Assembly (NCBI GenBank): GCA_012838275.1
Contig: DUPO01000188.1
Coordinates: 7,623 to 71,622 of the forward strand
Reading direction: 5' to 3'
From: Spirochaetales bacterium
Lineage (GTDB): Bacteria; Spirochaetota; Spirochaetia; Sphaerochaetales; Sphaerochaetaceae
DNA: 64,000 bases
In this document: positions 47,328 to 55,540 of the stretch, in pieces
Layout: every line of letters begins with the position of its first letter
Position numbering within the stretch: position 1 is the first letter of the stretch
The notes under the pieces: model-generated
The model's database searches: none
What the model saw: only the letters and a program-made list of their open reading frames with translations
What the model was told of the DNA's origin: nothing
Position numbers and translations under genes: made by a program

Positions 47328-47350
47328 ATACACCTTTGGAGATACTTGCA

Positions 47351-48376
47351 ATGGATAAACACATAATAACGACCGATGATGACCAGGCAATACGCAAGGT
47401 CCTACAGATATTGCTGCGAAAGGAAGGGTATCGGGTTACCGTATGCTCCAGCGGTGATGAGTTGCTCTCCATCCTCAAGAAAGATTCCCCTACAGTGGAT
47501 CTGGTGCTTTTGGACATAAAGATGCCGGGTCTATCCGGTATGCAGGTCCTTGAAGCCCTGCGACGCAACTACCCACGCATCCCAGTCGTCATGCTTACAG
47601 CATTCAATGATCTTGAAACCGGCATGAAGGCGATTCGCATGGGTGCGAGCGATTACCTCACCAAGCCTGTCCGCCGTGAAGTGCTGGTCGAGTGTGTCAG
47701 CCGGGTGCTCAATGCGACGGCCCTCAAGCAGGACGAGGTAGCCGAGATGGTCCATTCACAAGCTCAGCAGAAGAAGTTGGAGGACCAGCTTCAGAGCGCT
47801 CTTATCGCCTTGGAGAGTACGACGTTGGCTACCCTTGAAGCATTTACTGAAACAATCGAACAGAAAGACCCCTATACCAAGGGGCATTGCAGTCGTGTCC
47901 GCACCATCTCCCTGGCCATAGCACAGGCCCTTGATTTTACAGATGAGAGGCTGCAGATCCTTGAGGGGGGTGCGTTGTTGCATGATATCGGCAAGATTGG
48001 AATTCCTGAAGAGATATTGAACAAGGCGGCCAAACTGACAAAGAGCGAGTATGACATCATACGGGAACACCCTGCCTCAGGAGAGAGGATAATCAAGCAT
48101 ATCGATATGTTCCAGGCGTACCGTCCCATCATCCGCAGCCATCATGAGCGGATGGACGGCAAAGGCTACCCGGACGGGCTGAAGGGGGAGGATATCCCCG
48201 TCGATGTCCGCATCGTATCCCTTGCAGATGCATTCGACGCGATGACCACCAGCCGGGCATACCGCTCTGCCCTGCCCACTGAGTTTGCAGTCGAGGAACT
48301 GAAGCTTAATACCGGCACCCAGTTCGACCCCGATCTGGTGAACCTGTTCATAGAGCGGGAGATTTTCCTCCTCTAA
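47351..48376 (+). CDS. REC-HD-GYP response regulator (RpfG-like cyclic dinucleotide phosphodiesterase)
   Basis: TDDD, LLDIKMPG, TKP receiver residues. HTxRV-equivalent HCSRV, HDIGK, HHERMDGKGYP, ADAFDAMT. Confidence 0.92.
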   Translation: MDKHIITTDDDQAIRKVLQILLRKEGYRVTVCSSGDELLSILKKDSPTVDLVLLDIKMPGLSGMQVLEALRRNYPRIPVVMLTAFNDLETGMKAIRMGASDYLTKPVRREVLVECVSRVLNATALKQDEVAEMVHSQAQQKKLEDQLQSALIALESTTLATLEAFTETIEQKDPYTKGHCSRVRTISLAIAQALDFTDERLQILEGGALLHDIGKIGIPEEILNKAAKLTKSEYDIIREHPASGERIIKHIDMFQAYRPIIRSHHERMDGKGYPDGLKGEDIPVDVRIVSLADAFDAMTTSRAYRSALPTEFAVEELKLNTGTQFDPDLVNLFIEREIFLL

Positions 48377-48400
48377 GAGGCAAGTGTTGTCCGTATGCCC

Positions 48401-49156
48401 TCAAGAGAACAGATAGCGAGGTCCTCGTCTGCCGGATACCTCCGTACACTCCACATTGAAGACCCGTTCAATGGCCTCGGACCGCAGCAACTCAGCCGGT
48501 GTCGCATACGTAGCGACCTTACCCCCATCCAACAGGCATATGTGATCTGAAACCTCAAGTGCCGAGCCTAGGTCATGCATCACCGCTATGATGCACTTGC
48601 CCTGGTGTTTGAGAGTTTTCAACAGGTGGAGTATCTCCCTCTGCACTGCAAGGTCCAGATACGTCGCAGGCTCGTCCAAGGCGATGTAGGGCGTGTCTTG
48701 GGCAAGGGCCATGGCAAGGTATGCCTTCTGCCTCTCCCCTCCGCTTATTCGGAGAAGACTTTTGTGCCGCAGGGCATTCAGGCCCATGGTTTCCAATGCC
48801 CTTTCCACCAGGAGGTGGTCCTGTTCGTCCCTCTTTTTTGAAAAACCCAGATGAGGGTACCGGCCATGGGAAACCAATGAGTGGACGGTGCAGTTCGAGT
48901 CTAGGTGATCCTGGCTCAGGAACGCCACTTTTTTTGCCCACTGCCTACGGGTATATTCCTGTTGGCCCTTGCCATCCAGGACCACGCTTCCCGAAAGGGG
49001 GCTGAGCAGGGAACAGGCGCTTTTGAGCAGAGTGGACTTTCCTGTCCCGTTCTTACCTATTATGGTTGTAATCTCTCCGGGACGAAAGGTGAGGGAGACA
49101 TCGCAAACTACCTCCCTGCCCCTGTACCCTACACTTATGTTCTTGAGTTCAAGCAT
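48401..49156 (-). CDS. FecE/BtuD-type ABC ATP-binding protein
   Basis: GKNGTGKS, ISGGE, LDEPATYLD. Confidence 0.9.
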   Translation of the reverse strand: MLELKNISVGYRGREVVCDVSLTFRPGEITTIIGKNGTGKSTLLKSACSLLSPLSGSVVLDGKGQQEYTRRQWAKKVAFLSQDHLDSNCTVHSLVSHGRYPHLGFSKKRDEQDHLLVERALETMGLNALRHKSLLRISGGERQKAYLAMALAQDTPYIALDEPATYLDLAVQREILHLLKTLKHQGKCIIAVMHDLGSALEVSDHICLLDGGKVATYATPAELLRSEAIERVFNVECTEVSGRRGPRYLFS

Positions 49157-50171
49157 GGCAATCGCTTCTTTTTCGTTTGAAGAGCAGGAAGAGAAAGAAG
49201 GGGCTCCCTAAAAACGAAAGGACTATCCCCACAGGCAGTTCATACGGGCTGAAGACAGTCCTGGCCACCAGATCACATCCAAGGGTGATGATGGCACCTG
49301 CCAGTGCGGTCAAGGGAAGTGAGAGGGCACTCTCCTCTCCAACTAGAGAGCGCATCATGTGGGGTACTACCAATCCGACAAATCCTATCAGGCCGCACAT
49401 GCTGACCACGCTCGCACTGAGCAGGGATGCGAGCATCAGGGCCAGAAAACGGGTTCTGCCCACTTCAAGGCCCAAGGAGAGAGCCACTTCATCCCCCAAG
49501 GCGAGGATGTTCAAATCCTTGCCTAGCAAAAAAGAGAGGAGGACTCCCCCTATTATGTAAGGGGAGGTTTGCGACACTTGTGAGAAGGGGACATGGGCGA
49601 ATGAACCGATGAGAAAATCCAACCTGCCCATCTGTGTGTCCGGTCTGAGGGTGAGCAGGGTGTCGGTAAAGGAGCCCAGCAACGAAGAGACGGCGACCCC
49701 TGCCAGGATGATGGTGAGGCGGGTCGAACCCGAACGGCGTGCCAAGGCATATACCAGTATGCTCGATCCCAGCGCACCGACAAAAGCAAACAGGGTCCCC
49801 AGGGGTATCAGATGAGGGAAAAAGGCTGAAGCAAGCAGGGCGAACAGCCCGGCTCCTGAGTTGACTCCGATGATGGAAGGTCCTGCAAGGGGATTGTGCA
49901 GCACTTTCTGAAGAAGGTGGCCGGAGAGAGCTAGGGCCATACCACAAAATAGTGCTGCAAGTGTCCTGGGGAGTCGGATATGACGCACTATCCTGTATGC
50001 TGCACTGAGCCTGTCTTTCCCTTGAAGGATAAGAAGCAGGCCTTTGAGCCCTATCCGTGTCGAACCGATGGAGAGACTTAGGGCGAAGAGGCTGCATAGG
50101 CAGAGGATGAGCAGGCCCAGAAGCATCGCTTCTTTTTTCTTATCGGGCGAGGAGCTTTGCAAGATAGGCAT
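49149..50171 (-). CDS. FecCD/BtuC-family ABC permease
   Basis: IRLPRT, NPLAGPSIIGVNSGA, IGFVGLVVPH, ELPVG. Confidence 0.9.
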   Translation of the reverse strand: MPILQSSSPDKKKEAMLLGLLILCLCSLFALSLSIGSTRIGLKGLLLILQGKDRLSAAYRIVRHIRLPRTLAALFCGMALALSGHLLQKVLHNPLAGPSIIGVNSGAGLFALLASAFFPHLIPLGTLFAFVGALGSSILVYALARRSGSTRLTIILAGVAVSSLLGSFTDTLLTLRPDTQMGRLDFLIGSFAHVPFSQVSQTSPYIIGGVLLSFLLGKDLNILALGDEVALSLGLEVGRTRFLALMLASLLSASVVSMCGLIGFVGLVVPHMMRSLVGEESALSLPLTALAGAIITLGCDLVARTVFSPYELPVGIVLSFLGSPFFLFLLFKRKRSDCHA

Positions 50172-51141
50172 AACTTTCCCCCCATCGGTTGTTTGGTTTG
50201 TAATGGAACAGGTTTTTGGGCAAGAGGTGGTAGCGTCCGCCCTTTACCGCTTTGAGGGCTGCAAAAGCCTTGTTTGTAGCCAAAAGATGATCCATGGTCG
50301 CTTGTGCGGCTTGTTCGTCACCCATGGGTATGACAAAAATATAGGAGGGTTCTTCCCAGACAATGCTCTCCATGCTCAACTCCTCAAGCAACGAAGGGTG
50401 CAGGTCGGTGAGGTTGGTATACCCCAGTTCATCCAGCATGGTGGAGACCATGTTGTCTCCCCCCTTTGCCCTGATTTTTGTGGAGTATGAACGGAGCAGG
50501 AGGTAGGTCCGGTTGTTTGTCTGAGCAGGATCCTTGTGATTTGCCAAGATACGCTCAACACCCTTCAGGGTATCCAATCCGTTTGTCTGATAGAGGTCCT
50601 TGCGCCCTGTGAGGGTGGTGCACGCCTGTAGCATGAAAAGGTAATCCTCCACTCTCTCCACATGGAAGTACGCATGTGGTATTCGGCACTCTGTGAGCAG
50701 GGGCGATAGGGCGAGATGGGAGGGGATTTCGGTGGTGAGCAGGACAAGGTCAGGCTCCAGGGCGATGATCGCTTCGCTGTTGGGGTCCTTTATTGTTCCG
50801 ATGGTCCGTACGTCTTCGCTAAGGGTGAAGGTCTTTCGGGTGTGTGAATCGGAGGTGGTTCCAACCAGGGAGCCTCCGCTGAGTAACCAGGTCTCGGCAA
50901 AGGATGCGCTGAGGGCGATCACCCGCTCAGGTCTATGGGTAAGTGTGACTTCCCTCCCTAATGAATCTGTAAATCGGAGAGGATCGGTCTGCTTGCCCGC
51001 AATCTGGTCGGGGTGGGAACCTCTCTCTTTGCACCCTGCCAAAAGCAAGATGCAAAGAGAGAGCAGGAGTACTGTTTTACCTGTTTCCAGTGCGAAAAGG
51101 ATACCGGTAGGCACCCCCCTGCAAGTTCCCTTATCAGCCAT
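50140..51141 (-). CDS. Iron-complex/cobalamin-type ABC substrate-binding lipoprotein (start uncertain)
   Basis: LLAGC lipobox, FTDSLGREV, PERVIALS, EAIIALEPDLV. Confidence 0.85.
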   Translation of the reverse strand: MADKGTCRGVPTGILFALETGKTVLLLSLCILLLAGCKERGSHPDQIAGKQTDPLRFTDSLGREVTLTHRPERVIALSASFAETWLLSGGSLVGTTSDSHTRKTFTLSEDVRTIGTIKDPNSEAIIALEPDLVLLTTEIPSHLALSPLLTECRIPHAYFHVERVEDYLFMLQACTTLTGRKDLYQTNGLDTLKGVERILANHKDPAQTNNRTYLLLRSYSTKIRAKGGDNMVSTMLDELGYTNLTDLHPSLLEELSMESIVWEEPSYIFVIPMGDEQAAQATMDHLLATNKAFAALKAVKGGRYHLLPKNLFHYKPNNRWGESYAYLAKLLAR

Positions 51142-52051
51142 GGCTGATAATCTCCTCCTTATGCAGGAGCAGGTCATCTGACAGGAGCTTCTGTTCGACT
51201 TCAGCCATTCCCAAGCGTTCGATAACTGTAGAGAAGCGCTCGCCTTGCTTCCCCTCGTCCTTAAAGAGCAACAGGGATTTTTCTATCAGGTTGAGAACCT
51301 CCTCCTTTGTAAAAAGTGTGCTCATGGGTGTCCCCATGCGTATCTGTTTTCCCCACCGGCCACCCAGGAATACCTTGTAGAGTGTCCGCTCGGCCCTAAT
51401 CGCACCGAAAGGGCAGGCTTTGATGCACCTCCCACAGTTGTTGCAGGAGGCCCTTTCAATGCAGGGGACCTCTGCTGCTGTGCGCCGGATTGCCTTTTGA
51501 GGGCAACCCTCCTCTGCTGCGCAGAGCCTGCACTGTTTGCAGATGCTTGCATCCAGCAAGGGTACCCTCTGTCCTACGATGCCAAAATCGTTGAGTTCGG
51601 GCTTTATGCAGTTGTTCGGGCATCCGCCGACACCTATCTTGAATTTGTGGGGGAGGTTCACAGATCGGTACCCTTCATAGAAACGGTTGTGAATTTCAAG
51701 GTTGAGGGCATTGGTGTCATACAGGCCGAAGACGCATGTGCTGCCTTTACAGCTGGTCACCGGACGCACTTTTGCACCGGTGCCTCCTGTCATCAGACCC
51801 GCTGCATGAATGTGTCGCTTGAATGGTTCAATCAGGTCATAAGGGATGTGGGGAAGTTCAACGGTCATTCGACTGGTGAAACTGACCTTCGAATCCCCGT
51901 ACAATTTTGCGGCTTCCCCAATTGCTATGGTCTGCTCGGCACTAAGGGATCCTCCGACCGGGATGATCCTTGCAGAGAAGCTCTCAGTTCCTCTGTTGTG
52001 TAAGAACCCTTCAGCTTTCAGGGTGCGTATCGCTGTTGCTGTCAATTTCAT
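51134..52051 (-). CDS. Sulfite/nitrite reductase-like protein with 2x[4Fe-4S] ferredoxin insert (AsrC/Dsr-like)
   Basis: FTSRMTVE, SCKGSTC, LPHKFKIGVGGCPNNC, CKQCRLC, CNNCGRCIKACP. GAGGAG RBS. Confidence 0.85.
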   Translation of the reverse strand: MKLTATAIRTLKAEGFLHNRGTESFSARIIPVGGSLSAEQTIAIGEAAKLYGDSKVSFTSRMTVELPHIPYDLIEPFKRHIHAAGLMTGGTGAKVRPVTSCKGSTCVFGLYDTNALNLEIHNRFYEGYRSVNLPHKFKIGVGGCPNNCIKPELNDFGIVGQRVPLLDASICKQCRLCAAEEGCPQKAIRRTAAEVPCIERASCNNCGRCIKACPFGAIRAERTLYKVFLGGRWGKQIRMGTPMSTLFTKEEVLNLIEKSLLLFKDEGKQGERFSTVIERLGMAEVEQKLLSDDLLLHKEEIISHG

Positions 52052-52124
52052 GTTCTGCTCCTCAAATTGGTTGCAGTATGGGTATTTTTTCGTATATAGT
52101 AAATAATATGTTTTATATGTTATA

Positions 52125-52142
52125 TATAGGTAAAAACCTATA
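52125..52142. promoter_or_regulatory. Palindrome TATAGG-N6-CCTATA, probable LysR operator
   Basis: Perfect inverted repeat in the AT-rich divergent intergenic region, just before the LysR RBS. Confidence 0.55.
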
Positions 52143-52154
52143 GAAGGAGATCTG

Positions 52155-53036
52155 ATGACCCTGCGTGACCTGAGGATATTTATTGAAGTCGCCAGAACCC
52201 TTTCCATGAGTGAAAGTGCGGTGAACCTCGGCTGTGCACAACCGACGGTAAGCCAGGTAATTTCCAATATGGAGAGTGAGTATGGGGTGCGGCTTTTCGA
52301 ACGCCTCGCCAGAAGGCTGTACCTTACCGATGATGGCACGTACCTGCTCTCCTACGCCCAAGGCATTCTTGCACTCTACGATGAGGTCGATTCGAATCTG
52401 GGTTCCTATGCGCTGCCCGTGGTCCTGCGCATGGGGGCTACGATAACTGTAGGCAGCAGCATCATGGGGGAATTGGTTTCCCGTTTTGAAAAGGAGCACC
52501 CCCTGATAACTGTAGAGGTGTACGTGGATAATACGCAGACCATCGAGAGCATGCTGGCGGAGAGTCGCTTGGACCTTGCCTTGGTTGAAGGCCAGGTGTT
52601 CCATCCAGCCCTTGTTACGGAAGATATACTTCCTGACACATTGGTATTGGTTGCGACGAAGGGGTTTCCCATCGCTGATGAGGTAGGACTTTCCGATCTG
52701 TCTTCCTTGCCCTTCATCCTGAGGGAGAAGGGTAGTGGGACCCGAAACCTATTTGTGAACCTGCTGGAGGAGAGGGGTATAACCATCAAGGAGAAGTGGG
52801 TGTGTCACTCAAGCGATGCCATCCTGAGTGCTGTGCGCAGCGGTCAGGGTCTGACGGTTATCTCCAAAAGGTTGGTAGCACCTGAACTTTCGGAGGGGAT
52901 TCTTCGTGAGATTGCCATACGGGGTGTGAGTTTTGCAAGGACATTCTCTTTGGTTTTCCACAAGGACAAGTTCTTCACACCCCCTTTGGAAAGCTTGGTA
53001 AAAGAGATCAGAGAGCTGCGGAAAAAAGAGTCTTGA
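52155..53036 (+). CDS. LysR-family transcriptional regulator (CysL/CbbR-like)
   Basis: SMSESAVNLGCAQPTVSQVI HTH, LFERLARRLYLT, REKGSGTR. Confidence 0.92.
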   Translation: MTLRDLRIFIEVARTLSMSESAVNLGCAQPTVSQVISNMESEYGVRLFERLARRLYLTDDGTYLLSYAQGILALYDEVDSNLGSYALPVVLRMGATITVGSSIMGELVSRFEKEHPLITVEVYVDNTQTIESMLAESRLDLALVEGQVFHPALVTEDILPDTLVLVATKGFPIADEVGLSDLSSLPFILREKGSGTRNLFVNLLEERGITIKEKWVCHSSDAILSAVRSGQGLTVISKRLVAPELSEGILREIAIRGVSFARTFSLVFHKDKFFTPPLESLVKEIRELRKKES

Positions 53037-53151
53037 TACACATTACACAATTACGTAATGCGAAATTGTGTCATGAAAACCTTGTTTTTTTAAATACTTG
53101 TGCTTATAGTATAGAGATAAGACGGCAAAATGCTGTTAAGGAGTTAAGCAC

Positions 53152-54900
53152 ATGGCAAATAAGAGTACTGCTCCAACGCCTTGGGATTTTCTAGATGAGT
53201 TTCGCGGTAAGGTATTTACCGGCGAGTGGCCTACAGTTAGCCAGATGTTTGACATCTCTGTTATCAGATATCCGGATAACAAGTGTTTTTCGGCTTTTGT
53301 GCCCATAAAGGAGACTCTTACCTATACCGAAGTCCAAGCGTATGTGAAGGGCCTGGCCAACTATATGCTCTCCAAAGGGGTCAAATCGGGAGATAAGATT
53401 GCGGTAACCGGCAAGAACAGCCCCGAATGGGCTATTGCCTATCTGGCCATCCTCGATGCCGGGGCTATCGTAGTCCCCCTGGACAACACCCTCAACGACA
53501 AGGATATGGGAAAGCTTATGTCCTTTGCAGATGTGAAATACATGTTTGCCGACCTTGATCGCCTGCAGGATTTCGACAAGGAGGGCAAGCTGGGTATTGC
53601 TGGAAAGGTCAGCTTGGAACCGACTGATGAGTTTACCTTTATCCTTGATGCGCAGGAAAAGACAAGGCAGGAGCGGACGGAAGCCAAGGCTTCCGACACT
53701 GCAGCTATCCTCTTTACCAGTGGTACCACAGGGACTCCTAAGGGTGTTATGCTCAGCCATAGCAACCTGGTCGCAGACTCTTACCTTTCACAAAACAATA
53801 TGGAAGTGCTTTCCACCGATGTGTTTTATGCAATTCTCCCCATCCATCATGCCTATACGATGATGGCTGTCTTTATTGAGGCCATCAGCACTGGGGCATC
53901 CATTGTATTTGGCAAGAAACTTGTTATCAGCCAAGTGCTCAAGGAGCTCAGGGAAGGGGAAGTTACCATGTTCCTCGCCGTTCCCATGCTGTTCAACAAG
54001 ATGATCGGAGGCCTGATGAGTGGGGTCAGGGAGAAGGGCATCATTGTCTACGGCCTGATCCGTGGCATGATGAAGTTCTCCGGCCTGATAAAGAAGGTGT
54101 TCAAGGTGAACATCGGCAAGAAGATGTTCGGCTTCCTTCTGAAGAAACTTTCCTTGGAAAACAACCGTATCTGTATCTCTGGCGGCGGGCCCCTCCCTGC
54201 CTCCACGTTCAAGATGTTCAACGAGCTCGGTATCGATTTTGTGCAGGGGTACGGGCTTACCGAAACCAGCCCCATCACGCACCTCAACCCGACTGATGCT
54301 TATATAGAGACCTCTGTCGGCAAGGTAGTCGCCAATACCCAGGTGAAGATCGTCGATCCTGATGCAAATGGGAATGGCGTCATCCATATCAAGGGACCCA
54401 TGGTCATGCAGGGCTATTACAACAACCCCGAAGCAACTGCTGAGATCCTGAAGGATGGATGGCTCAATACCGGAGACGTAGGTCATCAGGATGCGAATGG
54501 ATATCTCTACCTCACCGGAAGAGCTAGGAACATCATTGTCACCGACGGCGGCAAGAACGTATTCCCTGAAGAGATTGAGGATCACTTCCAACTGTATGAA
54601 GAGATCGAAACTATCTGCGTATGCGGCTACATAACTGATGTGAAGCATCAGAGTGAAGGTATCCGCGCCATTGTCTATCCTGCTGAGAAGTATACCCAGG
54701 CCATGGAAAAAGAGCATGGCAAGGATGCGGCGAAGGCTCTCATCGAGAAGCGTATCGAGGCTATCGTAAGTGAGGTCAACAAGGAGTTGCAGGCTTACAA
54801 GAAGGTCACCCGCGTAACAGTGGTCGATGAGCCCCTTGAGCTGACAAGCACCAAGAAGATCAAGCGTTTCATAGTTGAAGAGAAGTATCGGGACAAGTAA
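53152..54900 (+). CDS. Long-chain fatty acid--CoA ligase (AMP-binding)
   Basis: FTSGTTGTPKGVMLSH, QGYGLTET, GWLNTGDVG, GRARNIIV. Confidence 0.9.
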   Translation: MANKSTAPTPWDFLDEFRGKVFTGEWPTVSQMFDISVIRYPDNKCFSAFVPIKETLTYTEVQAYVKGLANYMLSKGVKSGDKIAVTGKNSPEWAIAYLAILDAGAIVVPLDNTLNDKDMGKLMSFADVKYMFADLDRLQDFDKEGKLGIAGKVSLEPTDEFTFILDAQEKTRQERTEAKASDTAAILFTSGTTGTPKGVMLSHSNLVADSYLSQNNMEVLSTDVFYAILPIHHAYTMMAVFIEAISTGASIVFGKKLVISQVLKELREGEVTMFLAVPMLFNKMIGGLMSGVREKGIIVYGLIRGMMKFSGLIKKVFKVNIGKKMFGFLLKKLSLENNRICISGGGPLPASTFKMFNELGIDFVQGYGLTETSPITHLNPTDAYIETSVGKVVANTQVKIVDPDANGNGVIHIKGPMVMQGYYNNPEATAEILKDGWLNTGDVGHQDANGYLYLTGRARNIIVTDGGKNVFPEEIEDHFQLYEEIETICVCGYITDVKHQSEGIRAIVYPAEKYTQAMEKEHGKDAAKALIEKRIEAIVSEVNKELQAYKKVTRVTVVDEPLELTSTKKIKRFIVEEKYRDK

Positions 54901-54960
54901 CAGGTTTGGCAGCAAGGGAAACCCTTGGTTCCAGACTGGTTGTCCAGGCAAAAATGAAAG

Positions 54961-54999
54961 CCTCTTGCTTGTTCCCTTTGAACAGGCAAGAGGTTCTTT
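54961..54999 (+). terminator. Rho-independent terminator
   Basis: CCTCTTGCTTGTTC-CCTTT-GAACAGGCAAGAGG followed by TTCTTT. Confidence 0.75.
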
Positions 55000-55050
55000 A
55001 CAATGTAGGAACCTGATTAATTCATTGCTTCGTAGTTGAACAGGAGTGCA

Positions 55051-55377
55051 ATGAATAGGTATAGTGGGGATATGAATAGTAGTGTACGTAGTTTCCTGAA
55101 GGCGAAGGCCCAGGAATTAAAACCAGTGGTAATGGTTGGAAAGGGTGGTGTCGATCAGAGAATCATCCAAGCCCTTGACGAAGCCCTTGCCAGCCATGAG
55201 CTGGTAAAGGTTAAGTTCCAAGCATTCAAGGACGAGAAACGCGAGCTTTCAGAAGAGCTTGCCCTCAAGACAGAGAGCGATCTGGTAACCATCATAGGGT
55301 TCATTGCAACCTTCTATCGCCCAGGTGATCAGCACATCATCAATATCCCTAGGGATCTGATCAATAAGGGCGAATGA
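55051..55377 (+). CDS. yhbY: YhbY/CRM-domain RNA-binding protein
   Basis: LKPVVMVGKGG, HELVKVK, IIGFIATFYR. Confidence 0.9.
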   Translation: MNRYSGDMNSSVRSFLKAKAQELKPVVMVGKGGVDQRIIQALDEALASHELVKVKFQAFKDEKRELSEELALKTESDLVTIIGFIATFYRPGDQHIINIPRDLINKGE

Positions 55378-55398
55378 AAATTCACCAAGCATTGCATG

Positions 55399-55427
55399 GC
55401 ATCAGGGGAGACTCTGGTGCTTTTTTT
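55399..55427 (+). terminator. Terminator after yhbY
   Basis: GCATCAG-N8-CTGGTGC followed by T7. Confidence 0.65.
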
Positions 55428-55442
55428 ATCCCTCTATAAGAT

Positions 55443-55475
55443 GCAGGCCCTCCTTCCAACGGAAGAAGGGCCTGC
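55443..55475. terminator. Strong hairpin between convergent yhbY and GH20 genes
   Basis: GCAGGCCCTCCTTCC-AAC-GGAAGAAGGGCCTGC. Confidence 0.6.
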
Positions 55476-55540
55476 GTTTAGAGAAAATCCACCAGAAGGT
55501 GGTACCCAATTAGACCACATCGGCTTTTCTCTTGCAACAC

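Noticed and set aside
53788-54951. 387-aa antisense ORF
   Set aside because: Shadow of the acyl-CoA ligase.
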